This document shows positions 13,376 through 26,519 of a DNA stretch of 64,000 bases, in pieces. Each line of letters begins with the position of its first letter. Position 1 is the first letter of the stretch. The DNA is taken from NCBI GenBank assembly GCA_951406725.2, contig OX597822.1, positions 49,786,001-49,850,000 on the forward strand, read 5' to 3'. The notes under the pieces were generated by a model, which saw only the letters and a program-made list of their open reading frames with translations, was not told the origin of the DNA and searched no databases. The translations under genes were made by a program, and so were the position numbers. This stretch comes from Octopus vulgaris. Lineage: Eukaryota.

Positions 13376-13756
13376 ACAAAACAAACGGTTACACTACATA
13401 TACATACACGTACACACATGGACGAAAACGCACATAAGAACGCACACCGACATACACACATAATTACATGGATGCATACATGCAGCCACCTTTCCTCCCA
13501 CACACACACTTAGGCATTAAACTAATTCTCAGACAGGGTTAAAGCAGACTTTGAAAAGTGGGGGCATGTCATTAATGAGGTCGCGAATAGCGACAAAAGA
13601 ACTCTGGAAGAGAAAAGTTACAACCAATTAATTATTCAATCAACACATTAAAACATTACAGAATTAGTTTGTAAATTAAAGAAGTCGTATTGAGCCTGCC
13701 CGTATTTTGATCTTTTTATCGATATAATGACCCTCCCTAGACACATGATTTTATAT

Positions 13757-13793
<37 letters not shown>

Positions 13794-13827
13794 AAATATA
13801 TATAAAATATATATAAAATATATATAT

Positions 13828-14170
13828 AGGCGCAGGAGTGGCTGTGTGGTAAGTAGCTTGCTAACCAACATGGTTCCGGGTTCAGTCCCACTGCGTGGCA
13901 TCTTGGGCAAGTGTCTTCTGCTATAGCCTCGGGCCGACCAAAGCCTTGTGAGTGGATTTGGTAGGCGGAAACTGAAAGAAGCCTGTCGTATATATATATA
14001 TATGTGCATATGTGCGTGTATATGTTTGTGTGCCAACCGATGCTGGTGTGTTTACGTCCCCGTCACTTAGCGGTTCGGCAAAAGTGTCCGATAGAATAAG
14101 TACTGGGCTCGACTAAAGGCGGTGCTCCAGCATGGCCGCAGTCAAAATGTCTGAAACAAGTAAAAGAGTA
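13828..14170 (+). mobile_element. Family A SINE inserted in (TA)n
   Basis: AGGCGCAGGAGTGGCTGTGTGGTAAG head, GGTTCAGTCCC, CORE-like CTTGGGCAAGTGTCTT, GTAAAAGAG tail; TA tracts on both sides. Confidence 0.92.
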
Positions 14171-14195
14171 TATATATAAATATATATATAATATG

Positions 14196-14234
<39 letters not shown>

Positions 14235-14239
<5 letters not shown>

Positions 14240-14468
14240 ATCCAAACAAGAAAACAAAAAAAAAAACAAAAAAAAACAACAACGCGAGGACGTGGGACAA
14301 ATAAAGTATTATTGGACGCTCAGGAAAGAAGGGAAGAAAGAGGGTTTAACGTTTCGAGCGGAGCTCTTCGTCGGAAACATAGGAGAAGGAAAGATCCCGA
14401 GAAGGGAAGACAGAGGAAAAAAATCGCCAGCGGTACTCACGAGGTCGTATATTCGAGGTCACAAGGTC
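14235..14468 (-). mobile_element. Probable solo Penelope pLTR in (TA)n
   Basis: Contains a minimal hammerhead at 14344-14378; diverged homolog at 42172-42318. Confidence 0.7.
14344..14378 (-). ncRNA. Minimal type I hammerhead ribozyme, U4C core variant
   Basis: GUUU-CCGACGA-A-GAGC(UCC)GCUC-GAA-ACGU-U-AAAC; helices I and II pair, helix III is the palindromic ACGU. Confidence 0.72.
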
Positions 14469-14679
14469 ACATATATACATATATATATATATATGTGTAC
14501 GTGTGTGTGAGTGTGTGTGTGCGTGTGTGTGTGTGCGTAAACATTACTGGCATCATACAGAATATTGTTTTAATAGAACAGAAATCAATCCACATTTGGA
14601 ACGTTGGATCTTGAAGTAGATAATCCATAAATCATGGCGTATAAACGTTGCATTATATATACATATATGTACGTCTCTT

Positions 14680-14775
<96 letters not shown>

Positions 14776-14778
<3 letters not shown>

Positions 14779-15135
14779 TTTGGCATCCTTTCTGTCTCGG
14801 GAGACAATGGAGTTGCGCATTTTTTTTTTTTTTTTTCTAGGTCTAGTCCGGCTGTTATATTTTATTTCCTGTTACATTTCTTGCTGTGGCTGTGTAGTCC
14901 TATCCTGAACAAACACTCCCTCTGGCAGGTACTGCAAATGTAGCGAAGACTGTTCCTGGCTGATTGTAGTGCCATGGTCTCTTGTTTATGTCTCTTCCTT
15001 TCTTTCCATTTCTCCTCTCTCTTTCTGTCACTCCTCTGTATACCCTCTTTTACTGTACGTCGCCATTCTCCACGGTTGAAGATCTACCAGGCATGTGTAC
15101 TCAGCACTCTACTGTATGGAAGCGAGACCTGGACG

Positions 15136-15140
<5 letters not shown>
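14776..15140 (-). mobile_element. RTE/BovB-like LINE 3' end with an inverted 5' segment
   Basis: Minus 15074-14863 translates RGEWRRTVKEG..YICSTCQRECLFRIGLHSHSKKCNRK*; plus 15076-15140 translates LKIYQACVLSTLLYGSETWTL; (TA)n on both flanks. Confidence 0.88.
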
Positions 15141-15176
<36 letters not shown>

Positions 15177-16319
15177 TGTATGTATGTATATAGCACCAGC
15201 AGCAGCTGTATTGACAATTTGTTCGTTAGGTTGCATTGTAGGCTTAATATACTATGAGTTCGAATTAGACGTCTTTTAAATGTTTAGAATGTACAACGCA
15301 TCTGAGCGTGACCCACGAAAATGTACTTGGTAATGTGTGTGTGTGTACGCGTGCGTGCGTGCGTGTGTATCTGTGTGTGTGTGTGCGTGCGTGTGTGTGT
15401 GTTTGTGTGATTATAGCTTTGGTATTCTTATCAGACGAAAATATGTTTACAGACCTGATGTTCGGGTAGGCTTCCATTTAATCGAATTTGCATAATCTTG
15501 TTTCCAGAACACAAGAGAAAATCCTATTTATGAGATATGTTTCCTTCTAAGTAAATCCCTGTCGTGTCTTTAAATATTGTTTGTTGTCGAAATGTACAGC
15601 TGCCAGTAGAAATGTTAACACTATTTCGCAATATTTGTGAAGTTAAAACAACTTAAGTAACAACAAACGTTGTTATTATTACTGCGTCTAGTAATATTGC
15701 TGCCTCAAGTGTAATGTGATTTTTATATACTTTTTAGAACTTGGGAAAGAGGGATTGTGTATTGTTATTGGCTCACTCTACTCTGTACTTCCGTGGTTCA
15801 TTATTTACGGTTCGATAAATCTGTCTGTGAATCTATTTCTACTCTCTTTCTGAAGTGTATTTGTAATCCATACAACCAATTTCTTTTACACTGTCACACT
15901 TATGTGTGAAGGGGAGTGCAGCTCCAAGTTACCTCCACTGAGAAAACCTATGATGAAAAGCATTCCACGACCATACTGTCTTATATTTGCTTTTAAGATG
16001 ACAGCATGATGGTCGCTATTTTTTGCTGTTAAACCGGCAACGTACATTTGTACATTCGTTATGGTGATGGTGGGGTTTGAAACGTGATGTACAATGCAAT
16101 TATAGATAAAGTAGTTAATATTACGTGCTTTAAGATTAGGAATTTGTGTAAGCGAACAACATACACTGTTATGCAACTGTTGTTCTTATTATTGTGTTTA
16201 GTAATATTGCTGCCTTCAGTACCGTTGCCACATGCATTTTTAATATGATATCAATATTCTTGTTATAATAACTGGCAGAATCGCAATGATTGTTACTTCA
16301 GTTCACTGAAGATCGTTTA

Positions 16320-16830
16320 CCCTGGGATAAAATATACGAAGCCCAATATACCTATCATAACTACCCATCTGATAAGGACACAAGAATCACAACCATATGT
16401 GCGCGACATGGTGATTTCATATAAGATAAACAGTGCATGACCTTGCAAAGGGACCTCAGTTAGAATTTGCATCAGGTCGAGTAGCCCAACCCGCTCAAAA
16501 GATCCCTGAATAAGGGTTGTTTAAGGGTGTTGAATGAAACACCTATGTTTCCAGAAGTGAATTATTCAAATACTAAAGAATTCCCCTCAACATATAGCTA
16601 TGATGCTTCCCCACTACTTCTGCTCGTGATCAGAGATGCACATATCGTCAGCCATTAAGGGACATGCTCATCTGATTAAGGTCAAGCAACTGACATGCAA
16701 ATCGATGGTATTGAACAGAATATTTGCTGTAGCCCATCTTTTATACCAAGACAAAACAATGTACGTGATGATACTTCCAATCAGTTAAGATCAGAAGCCA
16801 TAGGATCCACTGTCTGGTACTGCATCTGAG
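16320..16830 (-). mobile_element. Family E non-coding interspersed element, copy 1
   Basis: Aligns by eye with 29278-29838, 30635-31030 and 34417-34916; strand inferred from the truncation pattern. Confidence 0.85.
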
Positions 16831-17064
16831 AATTATATCTAGTACTGCATCAGCACATTTGTCTGGTACTACATCACTTATTATTATTTCATTTTTACAG
16901 CGTTTCATATCAGACTCGGTAGAGCAAGGGCTAAATTGGCTTTCAGCAATTATTTATTTTCTCCTCAGCATTCTGGCTTTATTGGACACCTGTTCCTCCT
17001 TCACCTTCTCTTTCTCTTCCCTATCCCCTTCCTTCACTTCTCACTCCCCTCCTTCTCGCCCTCG

Positions 17065-17338
17065 TTTCTTTCTATCTTTCTTCTCTTCTTCTTCTTCTTC
17101 TTCTTCTTCTTCTTCTTCTCCTCCTTTTCTTCTTCTTCTTCTTCCTCTTCCTTTTCTTCTTCTTCTTCCTCTTCCTTTTCTTCTTCTTCTTCCTCTTCCT
17201 TTTCTTCTTCTTCTTCATCTTCTTCTTCTTCTTCTTCTCCTTTTTCTCCTTTCCTCCTCCTCCTCCTCCTCCTCCTCCTCCTTCTTCTTCTTCTTCTTCT
17301 TCTTCTTCTTCTTCTTCTTCTCCCTTCTTCTTCTTCTT
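17065..17338. repeat. (CTT)n/(CCT)n polypyrimidine tract with a 24-bp higher-order unit
   Basis: Almost purely C/T; unit TTTCTTCTTCTTCTTCCTCTTCCT repeated about three times. Confidence 0.97.
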
Positions 17339-17717
17339 GTATATATAAATCACTATCGGCATGAATCAATATGAAGTTATTATCGTATCGATTGCACGTT
17401 CTGGTTTTCAGTTAAGGTTTGTTTGAATGTATTCCCCTAGGCACTTCGCAAAATGAAATTGTGTCATGCTTAAATGCCCATTCGTTATATAGGAGAAAAA
17501 TAGGGAGGACGAAAAAAAAAACACGTCATGTACATAATGCAAATAATCCAGGTATAGTGCATATGAAAATATAACAGCATTGATAGCAACTACGACTAAT
17601 AGCAATCATTATTATTGTTGTTGCTGTTGGTGTTGCTAATGCTGTTGTAACATTTCATCCTTCGGGGTCGATAAAATATACCGTTGCTTGTTGTTAGTTA
17701 TTATTACTATTATTACT

Positions 17718-17780
17718 TTTGAGTAAGAGAGAAGTGCATGCCATGAAAGTTAGAGTGGGGTAAAATATACGAAACCCAAT
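17718..17780 (-). mobile_element. Family E element, terminal fragment in (TTA)n
   Basis: GAGTAAGAGAGAAGTGCATGCCATGAAAGT..GGGGTAAAATATACGAAACCCA matches the end of copy 29278. Confidence 0.7.
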
Positions 17781-17787
17781 TATTGTA

Positions 17788-17825
<38 letters not shown>

Positions 17826-17829
17826 GGCT

Positions 17830-20475
17830 ACCATACCGTGAAGTCACGGAAATTTGGTGCTCCGTAAGTTGAGAGATTGTAATCTTTTCGGCCGTCTTTT
17901 CATTTTTATTGTTACCATTCCATTTTTGAGATTGTCTGGGGTGCGCAGCTAGTACTTTTGTGTAGAAACAACCCCTGTTTTGCAGGGGGGTGCACTTAAA
18001 TATTTTTTTTGAATTTTAACTGCTTTCGGCAAAAATAAATATTTTACACTTTTCTGTAATTATTTAAAGATGGCTGATAAAGAACCCATCATAATGTTCG
18101 ATAAATTATATCGAGAAATTTTGTGAACAAGGAAGGAGTTGAGAATATCAATATCGAATGACCTAAACTTAATGACGCCACTGAGGTGAAAATGTTTCGT
18201 CTGTAAGCAACATCAAACTTTTCGGTGTCGCCAACAGTAACAGCAGCAGCAGTGAGAGGAGCAACAGTAACAGCAGCAACAATCAGAGAAGCAACAACAA
18301 CAGCAACGGCAACAATTCGAAAGAAATGAAACATTAACACACAGATATCGCCTCTGCGTCTTCTGCGTCAGGAGGGAGAGATATTGAAAGATTCCACATA
18401 GATGAAAACGAAATAAATTTGGTAAGAAAAATTGTAAAGAAGAGATGGGAGAAGAGTAGCTCTAAACCCTCCATCTGATGTGATAGAAAATATCGCAAGA
18501 AGAACGGTAACATATCGCTGGATTGAAAAATGCCTTGGGCACGTTTGGGAACAAAATACCCACATCACCTGAAGAAAGAAGTTTGGAACAATTGAGGTGA
18601 GATTTGGGACGGAAGAAGAAGCTAGATGTAAATCCACAACCACTTTGTGGAATGATAACTTTGTGGAATGATAACCAAGCTATCGCGGCCAACGTCGTCC
18701 TAAGATTAGGGTGCTGTATTTGCCACCAGAAATATTCAGTTTCTGGTTAGTGGCGGCTGATTTGGCAGGTTTAGAAGAAGACAAAGTCACAATACTGGAG
18801 GTCAAGAAAGTAGCTAAGCAAAACTGGTCAGGTATAAGTATGGAAGTGACCTTGCAATGCAATCAGGACCATATCGACCGGCTGCCCGATCAAATCGATC
18901 TCCCGGATGGTACTGACCTGCCAGTGTTCGTGGGCAGTAAGTAGAAAGCCAAGATGCCACAAATATGGATCTGTAAATCACTTTAAAAACTTTATGCCTT
19001 CCAACAAAGTAAGATAAAGTCCCACTGCTGCGAACGTTACAAATACAAGTGCAAATTAATAAAAAAAGTCCCCAAGAACACTACACCTACTGCCACACCC
19101 ATGGTAACACCCACTCCCAAACCAAGACAAAGAAGGAGTCAACCCCCCCCCCCCGGTTGCCATAGAAAAGCAAGTTCCTCCTGTATGCTCTTCCTCCTAA
19201 ACCAACATCAGCTGCAATGACATGGAGAAGGAACAGCTGAACGATCAACGGATCACAGTGAAAAAAGCGGGTAGGCGAAAGAGGAAGTGAGTACATAGAT
19301 CTACTCCAAGAAATCAACAAAAACTTATTCTGAAACCACAACTGCAACACAATTCACAACCACTCCAACGAAAACAGCAAGAACGAAATCAATAACTTCA
19401 AAAACAACATCATCAACAAAGCATGAAACCTAAAGGAACCGGAAAACAACGGATTACAGAACTTCATAAATACTCATCAAACTGTTGACGAAATGTATCC
19501 ATCAATTTCACTGTTGTAAATAAGAGGAACAGTGAATTGGTGGTTTTTGTAAGGCAGAATAAAACAGGATAGAGAAAGAAGGACCGGAATTTGAGGATTT
19601 CCTCCTCAAGTACTCCAACAACAGACTAACGTCGTTAGACGTTTATAGAAATATGATAGAAAATTCCCAGGAAGTAACTATTGATAAAAAGCTGTTGGAA
19701 AGGCCTTTTAAAACATTCCAGCTTTCTGACTGGATTTCCCTTATATGCCAGTGTGGACACAGAGCAACCAGAGCGGGTCATCCAGTTCGTATTTAGATAA
19801 AGTATTTGTTAGGTCAGAGGATAGGGATAGCATAGGTTGTACACAATTTAAATTAGTTGGCTACACAGATCACAAATCTGTGATACGCTCAGTGATTTGG
19901 ATAGGATCCGTAGACAGAGACCCGGTTACTGGGAGTTTAGTGTGTTCTTACACGCGCAAAGATTACAGGGACCGGATTAGCAAACTAGTGTTGACAGGGG
20001 TTATTTTCAACAACCGATGGGGAATCGCACTGAAGAAGGCGATTAGAATAGAATCGATAGCGTTTAGCAAAGATTTAGCTATAGAAAGAAATAGACTAGA
20101 AGGAGAACTATTTAGCAAACTAGAAGAGGCTCCTAGTGAAGGCATTTCGACCAACGTGATAGCGGCGAGAATGGCTCTTAACCATTTCTTCGAGGCGAAA
20201 CACGAAGGGTGCGTTGTCAGAGCTAAGGCTCGTACGCTAAAACACGATGGGACGAAAGCTAGAGACGCTACGTGGAAACAAAACCACGATCAAGTCTTTT
20301 ACAGATCGGGACGGGCACGTGCTACTCAGTTCTGTGGCTTTCCAGCAACACGTTGCGGGGTTTGGAAGGTGCAATGAGTCGAAGGCGATAGCGAACTTTA
20401 CTTCGTACCTAGACAGTCTACCACGGCTCTCGGTGACGGACGCGAGATTCTGCGAAAAACTGATTACAGCTTCTG
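17830..20475 (+). mobile_element. Decayed Tx1/L1-clade LINE (ORF1 plus endonuclease and linker of ORF2)
   Basis: ORF1 with zinc-knuckle relic KPRCHKYGSVNH (about 18947-18985); APE C-terminus SYLDKVFVR..GYTDHKSV; homologous to 61000-62965. Confidence 0.85.
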
Positions 20476-20700
20476 AAAAAGTGGTGAAATTGTCAACGTA
20501 CAACGATGAAATTGAAGTATACAAGATGCTGTGCATGGAGGTGAAAACAATGCCGGTAATACTTGGAGTATTGAGTATAACAAAAATAAAACTTTGTTGA
20601 GAAAAACGTAGGGGCTATATCCGGACCCTCATCGCTACACGCTAGCCAAACAATAGTCCTGCTAGGATCAGCCCACGTCCTGTGCAAGACACTATCAATT
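20476..20700 (+). mobile_element. Dong/R4-like RLE C-terminal fragment, decayed
   Basis: KLSTYNDEIEVYKMLCMEVKTMPVILGVL..IVLLGSAHVLCKTLS is similar to the 31516 ORF. Confidence 0.75.
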
Positions 20701-21139
20701 CAAAAGTACAACATTAATAAAACAATCCACAAACGCAAGGCACACTCTATACAGTAAAAATCCAATTAGATAAACAGCTTTTGCATGTAGGTCGTAAACT
20801 AAACAAAAGAACAACTCGCATTATGCAGACAACACACAATAGAAAGGCCAGCAGCCAAACCCCATAACAAAACAAACAGGTGCACTACAATACTGGGAAG
20901 GGTTTGCACTCTCTGAAAAAAATAAAATCAATACTGCCCACACCTCAGCGACACGGATGTGTAGTAGTTGATGCAATAGAAAAAATCTACCTGAAAGTAT
21001 CAAATGCCGAACACTACTACTACTTCAACGATGCTGACAACAGAGTCTGTGATGATACATCAAACAGCAGAGTGAATCCTTAATTGCTGCTGTCAGAATT
21101 AACAATACAATACCTCCCGCAAATGCGATGCGCCCATAT

Positions 21140-21295
21140 ACATTTATGAAACAAGATGAAGAAGAAAGAGTAAACAAGTGGAAAATGAAATCACCTCACG
21201 GGCAATACCTGAGAGAAATTGAAGGAAAAGACAAACTCAACATTTGGAGATGGCTAAGAAAATGTGATCTGAAAGGATATACTGATACATTGATT
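21140..21295 (+). mobile_element. Dong/R4-like post-RT fragment
   Basis: WKMKSPHGQYLRE..WRWLRKCDLKGYTDTLI resembles the R4/Dong W..K..HGQY..W.WL...LK..TE.LI motif. Confidence 0.7.
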
Positions 21296-22274
21296 AGATT
21301 AAAACTAATGTTGACACGGTTGTAACAAAAAAAAAAACAGAATTCCCGAAGAGATTGATTAAGGAAATTTATGAGATACTCGAAGAACATAAAGAACACA
21401 AAAAATAGCTAGATATTATTGTTTCCCAGAAGGTTTAAAGCAAGTACATACATGACTTGGACACTTATTCGCCTCTTTATCCCGAAACATTGCCCATGGA
21501 ACATACTGGAACTAACAATTTAAAATAATTCATGTAAGATGTGTACAGGGTGTGTGAAGAAACTGGTTTTCGAGCGTTAGGTACATTCAAAAGTTCAACT
21601 AAAATAAGAAATTTATAAGAATTTATTCGTTTCTATAAATCATGCTTTAATCAATGCCTGTTTTGCTATTTGTTTCTTATTCTATGTAATTTAAAAAAAA
21701 AATTAATTTCTCTTACATCAATTCAAAAACAACTTCTTTCACATCTGCTAATTTTATATAACTTGCTTTTACTACCCCACATATCTTTTTAGACGAATGC
21801 TTAATGTTTCTTTGTGTCTAATAAACCTCTGTGTCTAATAAAGAAAGCTTAGTAGTAGTAGTAGTAGTAGTAGTTGTTGTTGTTGTTCTTCTTCTTCTTA
21901 TTATTATTATTACTAATATTATTATTATATATTATTATTATTACGAGTAACTCTGGCAATCGTGCAGATAATGGAAGTAACACGCCAGTCATGAATTTAC
22001 TGTTATTACATTATATGTTGTGCACCTGCTTTATAAGGTTCAAGTATTTTTACTACAACTGCCGCAGCCGCCGCCGCTACTACTACCACCACCACCACCA
22101 CCACCACCACCACAATTACTAACTACTACTGCTGCTGCAGCTGTTGCTAAAGAATTAGGATGATTAGGATTTCGAAAGCTGGTAAAATATAATTTCTATA
22201 ATAAATAGAAATACGTCGATATACTGGTCACGACTTCAAATTTTTACAAGCAGCATATATATATATATATATAT

Positions 22275-22344
<70 letters not shown>

Positions 22345-23254
22345 GTGTGTGTGTATGTATGTATTGGTAAGTTTGTAGAAAGTTTGATATGTAATCTGGG
22401 AGTGGGGAAGATGCAGAAAAGCGTGTTTTTAACTTGGTTAAATTTCTATAATCTCTTCCTCGACTACTTTTCTGGTTGTTTTTTGTTAGTGCATATTAAA
22501 CTGACTCTGAATATATGGGCGCTAATGCAATCCTACTCACTTCGATGAACTGTAAACGGTTTTTTTAACACAGTCATATATAACGATGCCTTAGATTGTC
22601 TGCCGTTTTAATGATTAAAATTGATACAAGAAGAACCAGTGATTTGATATCATTTAGAAACCTTTAAAGATTGATGAGCTTGGATTTAAATGTGCTTATG
22701 TGAGATATGCATTTATAATTTAAGTTGCCATTGTTGCTCAATAATCTCTATACAGATAACGGAGTATGTTTATCAGTATTTCTTATATGACTTTATGTTC
22801 TGAGGTAAAATCCAACTGGGAACATATTTGGCCTTCATTCTTGCAGGGTTCGAAATATGAACTACATATCAGGTACGGGTGACGATGGTGGTATTCCAAT
22901 AATTCCCTTCAAAATTGCGTACCGTGTGTCTAAATGTGAAACCATTAATTGGTAACCTTAAACCTCGTGGAGTGCTTTCGATCTACTACTAAAAAATCTT
23001 ACAGGAACACTAGTAAAAATGTGTGCTCTGTGGCGGACAAAATTCTTTAAGCTGTTGGTATTCAATTACATTAATTAATGATCTAATTCCGAAGTCTATC
23101 GATTTTACCATTGCCTTCAATTCTCCAGGATTTGAAATAAAAAAAAGTAATAGATAAAAGATGTGGTTGACATGATCGATCATTAACACTAGAAAATATG
23201 CATGCTTGTCCAATTATAATTAAATTGTACCTTTAATACGTATTTTTATTTAAG

Positions 23255-23900
23255 TAATGAAGGCATTTTCGAAGGAAGGCTTAGTGAATGTGTCTTTCAG
23301 AGCAAGAACGTTAAGGTAAGCACAAAAATCTCTGTTTCTACAGCTGTTTGGGTATCCAACATCCAGTTTGAGTCTGAGTGATGGATCTTTTATCGGCGCC
23401 TGATCAGACAAACGGGAAGCGTTCCGAATCAGATCACTCCAAAGTTTATTCGGTCTCACGTGGAAGAAAAAGGTGCCTCATACCGAAATTCTCTTGAGGA
23501 CTGAGATCTACAACGTTGTGGCCTACATCTTTCGTCGATTTCTCCGCTAGGTACGCCTTATGGATCTCATGCCGGGTAAGCGGCTTCCAAAGCGAGATAG
23601 AGACTGGATGTAGGTTTCATGGACGTCCAAAACTTAGTTTTCATGAACGTCTGAAGCGTTGTCTCATTTTATGCAGTGCCCCTGCAATCGACTGCAGGAT
23701 TTAACTGTTAATCGAAAGTTCATGTGTGATGCTGGTGTAGAGCGTTTTAAAACAGCATGCAGCAGACTGCATGACGAGAGGAGAGCTTGCAGCATTTGTT
23801 CGGGTTCTGTTTCAGTATCCTCAGTGCCACATGATCTATCTTGGCTTCAATGAGGAGTAGTGAGCTAGAGGCGAAGGTCGATGAAAGTCTTGCATAAACG
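23255..23900 (+). mobile_element. Highly decayed RTE/BovB-like LINE C-terminal region
   Basis: Fragments TKISV..AV, I.W.KKVPHTEIL, KRLPK, GRPKLSFHERLKRCL resemble the RTE post-RT region. Confidence 0.65.
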
Positions 23901-24045
23901 TTGTCAACACATTTGATGGGCCATTATAAGTAAAAGAATGTATACAAATACACAAACACAGACACATGTGTGTGTGTGTATACTTAAGTGTGAATGTGCA
24001 TGCGTGTGTTTCAATTTATGAATACAGAGTGTGTATATATATATA

Positions 24046-24355
24046 GTTTTACTTGTTTCAGTCATTTAACTGCGGCAATGCTGGAGCACCACCTTTAGTC
24101 GAAGAAATCTACCCCAAGACTTACTCTTTGTGAGCCCGGTACTTAATCTATCAGTCTCTTATTGTCAGACCGCTACGTTACGTGGATGTAAGCACACCAA
24201 CATCGGTTGTTAAGCGACAGTGGGGGAACAAACACAGACACACAAGCATATGCATATAAACACATATACACGATGTGCTTCTTTCAGTTTCCTTCTATCA
24301 AATCCACTCACAAGGCTTCTGTGGGCCCGAGTCTATAGCAGAAGACTTATACCAA
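24046..24355 (-). mobile_element. Family A SINE
   Basis: TTTTACTTGTTTCAGTCATT..ATGCTGGAGCACCACC..ACACCAACATCGGTTG..AAATCCACTCACAAGGCTT. Confidence 0.88.
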
Positions 24356-24519
24356 ACTTCCTGGCAGATAATGCGACTGCCAACAGATGAGGGAGCGTAC
24401 TTTATATCTCTCAGTCTCTCTCTCTCTCTCATACATACACACACACTCACACACATAGACACACAACACACACACAACACACACAACACCCAACAAACAC
24501 ACAAATATATGTATATATT

Positions 24520-24555
<36 letters not shown>

Positions 24556-25068
24556 AATATATATATATTATATGTACATGTATTTATACACTCATACACG
24601 CACTCACAGACACTCACACACATATTTGTATATAGATAGATAGATAGATCCATACAAGCATACGTATATACATACATACACACATACATACACACGTACA
24701 TCTACTTTATACATATACGCAAAGTTACAAATTATATTCTGGAAATCACAGCTTCTAAATTAAAATAGGAAAAGGAATATTGGTACATTTCCTAGTAATT
24801 CATTTCATCAATAATTACGTTATGCAGAGTTTTATATTAAATATCACATATCAAGATAATATTTTTGGCAGTGAGATGTTATGGAGTTTCTAGACGTGGT
24901 GAAAATTCTAAAGAGAAATATTATTGACTTCTAGAAGAAAAGGGTCACGAAATATTTATCAAATCATGAGGATCATGTTCTGTTTCTTATGTTTGTTTAG
25001 GAAACATTAATACCAAGCTTTCTGCCAGATAATGCAAGTGCCAAGAGATGAGGGAGTGTACTTTATCT

Positions 25069-25128
<60 letters not shown>

Positions 25129-25309
25129 CACACACACACACGCATACACTCATGCACACACACTCACACACAAACGCACCACACCACAGCAAACACACAA
25201 AAGCCACACACACAAACACACGCACACACGCCCGGGCTTATACACAAGCACGTGCAAGCATATATGTAATATATATTCATACAGTTGCATGTATACGTTT
25301 ATAAATACA

Positions 25310-25680
25310 TACCACGTGATTGCTTCCCAACAGCATTGTTCTGGGTTTAGTCTCGGTGCCTCGTACGATAGGCAGGTGCATTCTACTATAGCTACGGACT
25401 GACTAAATTCTTGTGAGTGGATTTGGTAAACGGAAACTGAAAGAAGCCCCTCGTGTATAGGTATATGTCTATGAGTGTGTGTATTAGCGTTGCTCACCAC
25501 CGCTTGACAACAGGTATTGGTGTGTTTACGTCTACCCAATAAGCGGTTCGGCAACAGAAACCGAGAGAATAAGCACCAGACTTTAAAAAGTATGTACTAA
25601 GGGTGATTTTTCTGACAAACCCTTAAAGCCGTTGCCCCTGCATGGTCACAGTCAATTGGCTGCAACTGAAAAAAAAGATA
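25310..25680 (+). mobile_element. Diverged family A SINE
   Basis: TTGTGAGTGGATTTGGTAAACGGAAACTGAAAGAAGCC and GCGGTTCGGCAA. Confidence 0.85.
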
Positions 25681-25694
25681 CAATGCATATATAT

Positions 25695-26365
25695 GTATGT
25701 ATTAAACTGCCTTCATATTCCATTCTGAAGGTAGGCCTATTTTTTGAAAATGTTCATTACATTGCTCGTGTGTATATTTATCACAGAAATGCTGGGTTTT
25801 TTTAAGCTTTCGCTTTAAAGTTTAGCAAGCAGTATGTTTACCCTTCTTTTTTTCAAATATCTTATATTATACCTCTGTAGGTAGAAGTCTTGCTCGCCAC
25901 GTTTTTATTACTGTTTTAAACAGTAATAATACTTCACATATTTACTTTTTTACTGTTTACGATAGTTTTCTCTTTTAACGGAGCGCAACGTTTCAAGTTA
26001 GGAAAGAACATGAGTTGACGTAATGAATATTTTAGAAATAGATGCTAAATGCTGTTTCCAGCTGAGGATTACAAAGCATGATTCACATGCACAGCATGAA
26101 ATCTATTGATATTGGAGTATGTATTAAACTGCCTTCATATTCCATCCTGAAGGTAGGCCTATTTTTAAAAATATTCATTACATTGTTCGTGTGTGTATTT
26201 ATCATAGAATCGGTGGGTTTTTTTGAGATTTCACTTTGAAATTGAGCAAGTGTTATGCTTACCCTTCTCTTTTCAACTTCCTTCTATTATACCTGCTTAG
26301 GTAGAAATCTTGTTCGCCACCTCATTATTACTATTTTAAACAGTAATAATACTTCACATATTTAC
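25695..26365. repeat. Diverged direct repeat of about 250 bp (25695-25945, 26117-26365)
   Basis: Both units run GTATGTATTAAACTGCCTTCATATTCCAT..CAGTAATAATACTTCACATATTTAC. Confidence 0.92.
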
Positions 26366-26471
26366 ATATATATATATATACAATACATACATATATAAAT
26401 ATATATACATATAAATATACATAGATACACACATACACACATATATATATACATATACATACACACACACA

Positions 26472-26519
<48 letters not shown>

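Noticed and set aside
16859-17374. Poly-S/L/F/E/K ORFs
   Set aside because: Translation of the (CTT)n/(CCT)n tract.
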